Of a stretch of 64,000 nucleotides of DNA, positions 57,965-64,000 are shown one piece after another. Origin of the DNA: Diplonema japonicum (Eukaryota; Protista; Euglenozoa: Diplonemea); the NCBI GenBank assembly GCA_964019335.1, contig OZ025709.1, positions 62,001 to 126,000 of the forward strand. The letters run 5' to 3'. The number at the start of each line of letters is the position of its first letter. Position 1 is the first letter of the stretch. Under the pieces are notes generated by a model that ran no database searches, was not told the origin of the DNA, and saw only the letters and a program-made list of their open reading frames with translations. The translations under genes and the position numbers were made by a program.

Positions 57965-57966
<2 letters not shown>
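54444..57966 (-). CDS. Type-I membrane protein with five superoxide reductase (desulfoferrodoxin/neelaredoxin)-type Fe-site domains plus a degenerate sixth, 3 exons, ~1143 aa
   Basis: Introns 56737-56783 and 55161-55204 join three ORFs in frame; five H-x-P / H-P / H-[YF]-I / C-N-x-H-G sets; signal peptide MRSILILTLLTVTAEG; TM AVLIVVIVVGVLATVGALAFFF. Confidence 0.85.
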
Positions 57967-57998
<32 letters not shown>

Positions 57999-59196
57999 GC
58001 ACTTTTTTTTTTGGTGGGCAAAAAAAAAAAAAAAAAAAAAAAAAAAGAAGAAGAAATAAGAAGGAAACACGCCATATGATGGGGGGAGGGCGGGGGGTGT
58101 GTTGGGGGAGGTAAAGTGTTCTAAGCAAACGGAATAAGAAGAAGAAGAAATAAATAAAAAAAAACCCCTTTTTTCTCTTTTGTTTCTCTGACGTCTGTTG
58201 TGCGCACCGGCACTACAGAAAAGAAAGAAAAGAAGAAGAAAAAAAGAAGAAGAAGAACAAAGAAACACACAAAGGAATTCACGGTTTAGTCGGTCCCATG
58301 GGCTGTGTAAACTTTCCAGGTTGAAAAACCGGTTTTCGTGTTTTTTTTTTTTTTTTTTTTTTTCCCTTCTTTTTATTTTGTTCCCCCCCTTTTTTTGTGT
58401 TTGTTGTTGTTTAGTACAAAAAAGCCAAGCTGCCATGACTTTTTTCTCTTTTTTTTTTAAAACACGTTCATTACAAAATTCTTGTTTTCTTTTTCAAGGC
58501 AAGAAACAAAAGGGAGAAAAAAAAAATACCCTTTATTACGTCGTGTCCCCTCTTCTTGGCCGGGGACCCGTTTTTTCAAGGGGCTGCGCATTACAAAATG
58601 TACATCCATGTAGAAAGAAGGTCTTCCCCTCCCCCACCTTTTTTTTTTTTTTTAGAACATAGGGATACAGCTGGACAAGAAGGAACCAGCTGTTGATGTG
58701 TACACCGATGTAGAAGCCTAAATAATAAAAACTTTAGAGTAAAATATTTTGCAAACCAAAATTAGAAGGACTTTTTATATAGAGAAAAAAAAAAAGAAAA
58801 GAGAAGAGAAGAACCAAAGACTATCGGGTAATCTAAAAAAAAAAAAAAAAATTGTAGGAGGGAAACATCAAATAATACTGAACTAAAGGTAGAAGAGAGG
58901 GGAGGGGAGGGGCTCTTCGTCCCCCCTCCTTTATTTATTTATTTTTCCCTTCCCATTCTCAAAATCTAAATATCTTTCTAAAAGAAAAAAAAAACCTGCG
59001 AAAGATGCCCCATAAACACGACACAAAAAAAATGCAAAGCACTCCCCTTTTTTTTAAATTCTTTTTTGTTTAAAACTTCTTGTTTATAAAGAAAACCAAG
59101 TAAGAAAAATTCAAACAAAAAAAAGATGTCTTTGAAGGGAACCTGCAGTATGTGACAGGATCGCCTATAAAAAAAATTCTATTTAAAAAAAAAAAA

Positions 59197-62100
59197 TTAT
59201 GCTTCTTCCTCTTCTTCTGCCTCGTCTTCTTGCACATCCTGTGTGTCTGTATAACTCCCGTTTTCAATTTCATCGCTTTCATTAATAACCAACCAAGGGT
59301 GTTGTAGAGCCTCGGCGGCTGTAGCGCGTTCCGAGGGCACGAATTCAAGCATAGATAACAGAAAAGAAGAAAGACATTCAGCTTCCCCACGAGGCATGTG
59401 ATAGTTGAAGACCAACAGCGCCGTGAGGCTGCAGGGTTCCAAAGGCGTATGGCGAAACACACCATTCGTGTCGAAAAAAAGGTCGGCGTACCGCCCATCA
59501 CCCGTTGTCAGAATCTCAGGCGGCTCTCCCAAAATCTGCATGAACAACGCTAAATGGTAAGTGTCGCGATCCTCATCTTGCTGGGATTTCGGGTCAAACA
59601 AAAAGTCGCCAGTAAGCAGTTCAAACACAACACAAGCCACACTCCAAATATCAGCTGCCCCAGTAATATGCGACACACCCAGAATTGCCTCAGGACACCG
59701 GTATTCTCTAGTCTGTATTACCCCAACTGGGTATCGTTTATGGATCCATCTAGATGCACCTAGATCGCCGATTTTACATGAATACGCGGTTTCAACAGGG
59801 GTGTCGGTGTTTTTCCAGTTCCCAAATAGTATTTCTCTTGCAGTGTCGCGTTCCGGTTGGGGACGGTCCAGTTGTTCTAGAACGGAAGGGGATAGGTTCT
59901 CGAGGAGGATGTTTTCTGGTTTGATGTCAGAGTGGACAACTCCAATGGAGTCGTGGAGGAAGCAGAGGCCTTCCAACACTGATTTGCATATTACCTTCAC
60001 GATGTTTTTGTGGATGCCTTTGAAGTCGTGGTTGGTGACGAGCTTTAACAGGTTGTGACCGCAGACTTCTAGCGCCATGACAATGTGGGTACCGTTGGGG
60101 CCTGTGATTTCGAAGTCGTCTAGTAATAGTGCTACCCGGTTTGAGCCGAGAGCGTCTTTTGCTTTTTCCGCTGTTTCGTTTATTTCCTTCAGCACGTTTG
60201 TCTCGTACAGAGAGGCTCTTGTGAAGTTTGGAGACGATTTCGAGATTTTCAGAGCGGCGAGATGTCCGGTGTTTTTTCTTGCGAGCCAGACCGTGCTGAA
60301 TTGTCCCCAGCCGAGCTTTTTTTTTGGTTGGGGGGGTTGGGAAGAAAAAAAAAAAAAAAAAAGTACCTTGTCCAGAATTGTATAACCATCGTAGGTGTCA
60401 CCCATGGTAACGGGGTGGTAGCCTCCTTTGCAGTAGTCTCCTTCGTTTTCTTCATCTTCGTTCGCGTTCCAAAATTCTTTTTGCTGTTTTTTTTTTTTTT
60501 TTTTGTTTTTTTTTTGTTTGCGTTTCGGGAAAGGAAAAAAGTGGGGCATACTGGTTTCTTTCCGTCTTCTTCCTCTCGTTCCTCTTCGATTGTTTCCTGT
60601 TCTGCAGGGTCCTCTTCGGTTTCTTCCTCCTCTTTCGGGGTTTCTTTTTCTTCTTCTCCTTCGCTGCCGACCACCACGCCCCCTATAGAATCCCCATGGA
60701 ACCCTTCATCTTGCGTTTGTTCCATTGGACCGGGCTGGCTTGCAACCTCAACCTCCTCTTCCTCCTCAATCTCTTCTTCCTCTTCAACCTCTTTATTTCC
60801 AACAACCTCATCTTTCAGATCGGACTTCACCGGCGATATCAAGTCATCTGCACCGTTCGGGGAGGAATCGGACGCTCGAAGGCTGTGATTTTTCTTTTTT
60901 TTTTTTTTTTTTTTTCCCAAAAAAAAAACCTTATAAAGTTCAAGTCGTTGGGAGGCGATCCTTGACATTCAGGGCTTGCGGAGGGTAGAGGTGGAGGTGG
61001 GGGTGGCGGGGCGAGAATAGGTCCTATTTCGGTTTCTTTCGGGACAGGCACTATATTGGGAGGCGTGGCAGAGATACGAGGTGATTCCGCAGGAGATGGG
61101 AGAGGATCGAAACCCGCATCAGGCAACACCTGCGACGGCGCCTTCAACGCTGCAAGAGGGTTGCCCTGTGGAGTGTTGCTGAGGCCACAGTCATCTACAT
61201 TATGCAAGTGTGACGCGATCCCCCAATAAATAAACAAAACAACAACCAGCCACCCGGGGCAGACCAGTAAGCAGTACGAGTATATCTTTCGCCACTTCCC
61301 GATCTCCGCGATGGCAGAACACACCCCACTCCACACCACTGCACAGTAAAACCCGAACAGCACCGCATTGAAAGCAGGATCGTTACACGGACCCTTGCAA
61401 GGATACGGTAACTTCTTCCCGAATGTTCGAAGCCACCCTAACAGCCCGATAGTTACCATTAAGTACGGGATTAAGACAGCGGTGGGGTGTCCGTAACCAA
61501 CTTCAGATGAAACAATGATGAACAATTTGCCAATTCTGTCAGCTGCGTGAAATACAGGGCACGGCTTCGATGAATCACGTGTGGTCAAATCGTTGTGGAG
61601 CAACGGTTGCAACAAACAAGTACTCACCATGTTGTACCCGAGAACGAGAAGCCCTACAAAACTACGGGTTTTCTCGTAAGCGCTTCCCAGGTACCCATCC
61701 CTCTGCGAGGTCACCCCGCGAACGATGACGGAGAAGACAGTAACGAACATAATATCTACCATAGGCAACACAACACGCATAATCTTACCATGAGGCACCG
61801 ATCGTATTGGGTATGTGGTCATTTCCTTCGCTGCAGGAACCGATCCACGATGGCCTGAAGACTTAACACCCGCGTTTGAGTTTCCCGTGACAGATGTGAT
61901 GCACAGCACGAACCACCATGTTACGACAGTTGCGATGGACGTCCAGAAAATAATTTCATCAGCGGTGCTTCCAACCCCACGAAGCAGGATGTACTTTAAG
62001 GGATTATCCGTTGATGTGTTGAAAGCTAACGATGTCAGTTGTAAGATCTCCACGAACATTGTGACGGCTGTTAAAATGGGGATCATGTCGAAACATATTA

Positions 62101-62527
62101 CAGGGCAAGGGCTGCATAGTGAGGCTGGTCTTGTCAGCCACTTGCGTCTTACCATCACCACGGCGGCAACGCCTACGATGACGAGGAATGCGTAGAAGAG
62201 GAGTAGCATGTCTACGACGATGGCGGTGGTGGAGGCCGTGATGCACAGAACGGGGAAGGTTGTTATGAACAGCCAGAAGAGGATCGCGCCCACGCCCCAT
62301 CCTTCCACTTCCTTCACACCCCACCATGCCTCGCCCCCCAGTTCGCATACACACAGCGTGCTGTACATTCTGATGACATGGTAAGGGTGCGCCACAACCG
62401 ATACCACTGTCCTTAGAACATTGCTTCCCACGCCCTTCACCGTCGCCATGGACCCGACGATCGACACATACGACGCGCTGTTGTGTACAGGTGGCTCTTG
62501 GTCACCAGATCCCTTCCCGAAGTCCAT
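59197..62527 (-). CDS. Multi-pass membrane protein fused to SRPK-type kinase, 4 exons, ~1054 aa
   Basis: Introns 60883-60929, 60484-60551 and 60316-60366 keep one frame; SRPK motifs DYCKGGYHPV, LGWGQFSTVWLA, HSDIKPEN, DLG, IQTREYRCPE. Confidence 0.75.
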
Positions 62528-62626
62528 ATTTGTGCATTTACCTTTTTCCCCTCCTCCTTTTTTTTATTTATTTATTTATTTTTATTTTGGTGGAGTTGAA
62601 AAAAGGAAAAAAAAAAAAAAAAAATC

Positions 62627-62944
62627 TCAATGTACGCCGAGTTCCCGTAGAAGCTCCTTCGGGAGGGGGTTCCCCTCTTCTGTTCCGCACACCTTGCACC
62701 ATCGCTTTCCAAAGAACACCCCGCACCCATACGGGCACACTTGTCTGCCGCACGTGTTGCACTGTGTTCCTATGCACAGAGACCGCGGCTCTTCTCTGTC
62801 GGGGTCTTCAACGACCCACACGTCTTCTAGGAATTTTATAGAAGAGTGAAACGGAGGAGGGGTGCCGAGGGGCACCTTCAAAGCGGAGGGGACACGGAAC
62901 CCGCAAATCGCGCAAACGAACTCTGCCATGTCGGCCCCCTCCAT
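62627..62944 (-). CDS. Cysteine-rich DPF-motif protein (CDPF1-like)
   Basis: FVCAIC..GTPPP..FLEDVWVVEDP..CNTC..VC..CGVFFGKRWCKVC. Confidence 0.78.
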   Translation of the reverse strand: MEGADMAEFVCAICGFRVPSALKVPLGTPPPFHSSIKFLEDVWVVEDPDREEPRSLCIGTQCNTCGRQVCPYGCGVFFGKRWCKVCGTEEGNPLPKELLRELGVH

Positions 62945-62995
62945 CCTAAGCTAGAAGAAGATGAACAGCTAGAAAAAAAAAAAAAGAAAATGGTG

Positions 62996-63553
62996 TCAGG
63001 TTTCTAAAAAAAAAGCTGGTATTTGCTGTAAGGGGTATTTCCTTCCCTCCCAGTGGAGCATGGGCGGCTCCCCATCGTCTTCCCAAATGTTTTCCAACCC
63101 CAGCTGCAGGGCAAGGTGGCAGGATATCAAGCCCATAGTTCCTATCTTTGCCGGGTAGTAAACGCGGCCTGCAGAACAGACAGACAACTTCTCTGGCTCA
63201 AAGAGAGCTCGGAGACCCCCACCACCATAGGTGAGGTAATGTTTCCCTGCGGAGTCCTTAGTCAGTTCTGTGTAAGTGATAGGTCGGTCGGAAGGGAGCA
63301 GGAAGTTCAGCTCCCCTTTGCACTTCGAGACCCAAGGGAACTCTGGGTGGAGTCCGGTCTTGTTCTCTCTGACCATCCCGAAGAAAAAATCAAGGAACTT
63401 CTCACCCCGCATGTGTGCGGGTCCCCTAGGCGGTTCCTTCCCCCCTAAAATGTCCTCTTTTCTGATAAGGTGGTACAGGTTGCCGTGGTCATTAGAGTAG
63501 TAGAAATACTCTCTTGGACCCTGGGCAGCCAACGTTCTAAAGTGTCGTAACAT
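62996..63553 (-). CDS. UPF0598/C8orf82-like (DUF4505) protein, possible mitochondrial presequence
   Basis: REYFYY..G.L..FLDFFF..RENKTG..FPWVSKCKGELNFL..DRPI. Confidence 0.78.
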   Translation of the reverse strand: MLRHFRTLAAQGPREYFYYSNDHGNLYHLIRKEDILGGKEPPRGPAHMRGEKFLDFFFGMVRENKTGLHPEFPWVSKCKGELNFLLPSDRPITYTELTKDSAGKHYLTYGGGGLRALFEPEKLSVCSAGRVYYPAKIGTMGLISCHLALQLGLENIWEDDGEPPMLHWEGRKYPLQQIPAFFLET

Positions 63554-63757
63554 TTTTTTTTTTTTTTTTTTCTTAAAAAAAACCTTCTTCTCAAAAAAAA
63601 AAAAGTTTCAAATGCGGGTGGAAAAAAAAAAAAAAAAAAGTTAAAACCGTAAACACAGCCAGGGAGGGGGGGTGCATTTTTTTTTTTTTTTTTCCTTCTT
63701 TTCTTCTTATCTCACTTTTTCTTTTTTCCCTCTCCCAATTCTTTTATTTTACTACAG

Positions 63758-63795
<38 letters not shown>

Positions 63796-64000
63796 TAGGC
63801 GCCGTGTTCGTATATTCTCAAAAGCTGGCTGTACCAAGTGCATTGAGCGCGTGCAGTCTTGATAACTGGTGTGTGTGAAAAATGTGTTCCTACACCAAAA
63901 TAGGAGAGGGATGTAATTGGGGAGGGGGGAGAGCGGGGAGTGGGGTTTTCACTCAATTTCTTTTTTTTTTTTTTTTTTTTTTTTGAAAAAAGAAAAAGTG

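Overview
Eukaryotic, gene-dense 64 kb window with homopolymer-rich intergenic DNA. All ~27 supportable protein genes lie on the minus strand. The alpha-tubulin C-terminus ([19 protein letters not shown]) is euglenozoan-like; with unidirectional gene order and frequent short cis-introns this best fits a diplonemid-like euglenozoan (inference). I reconstructed 12 GT-AG introns of 35-79 nt by hand, most with an A-tract rather than a pyrimidine tract, and they join several ORF-track fragments into full genes. Highlights: (1) a signal-peptide/TM-anchored protein with five intact superoxide-reductase-type His4Cys iron sites plus a degenerate sixth, next to a secreted FAD oxidase; (2) four tandem LVIVD beta-propeller surface proteins whose paralogues differ mainly in clustered loop substitutions; (3) a multi-pass membrane protein spliced in frame to an SRPK kinase; (4) a divergent beta-tubulin with a Cys-rich non-acidic tail; (5) a probable P-loop-less kinesin-like protein; (6) a sacsin-like gene with three +1 frameshifts; (7) MITE-like and short dispersed repeats. 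All family calls are motif recognition by eye; no searches were run.
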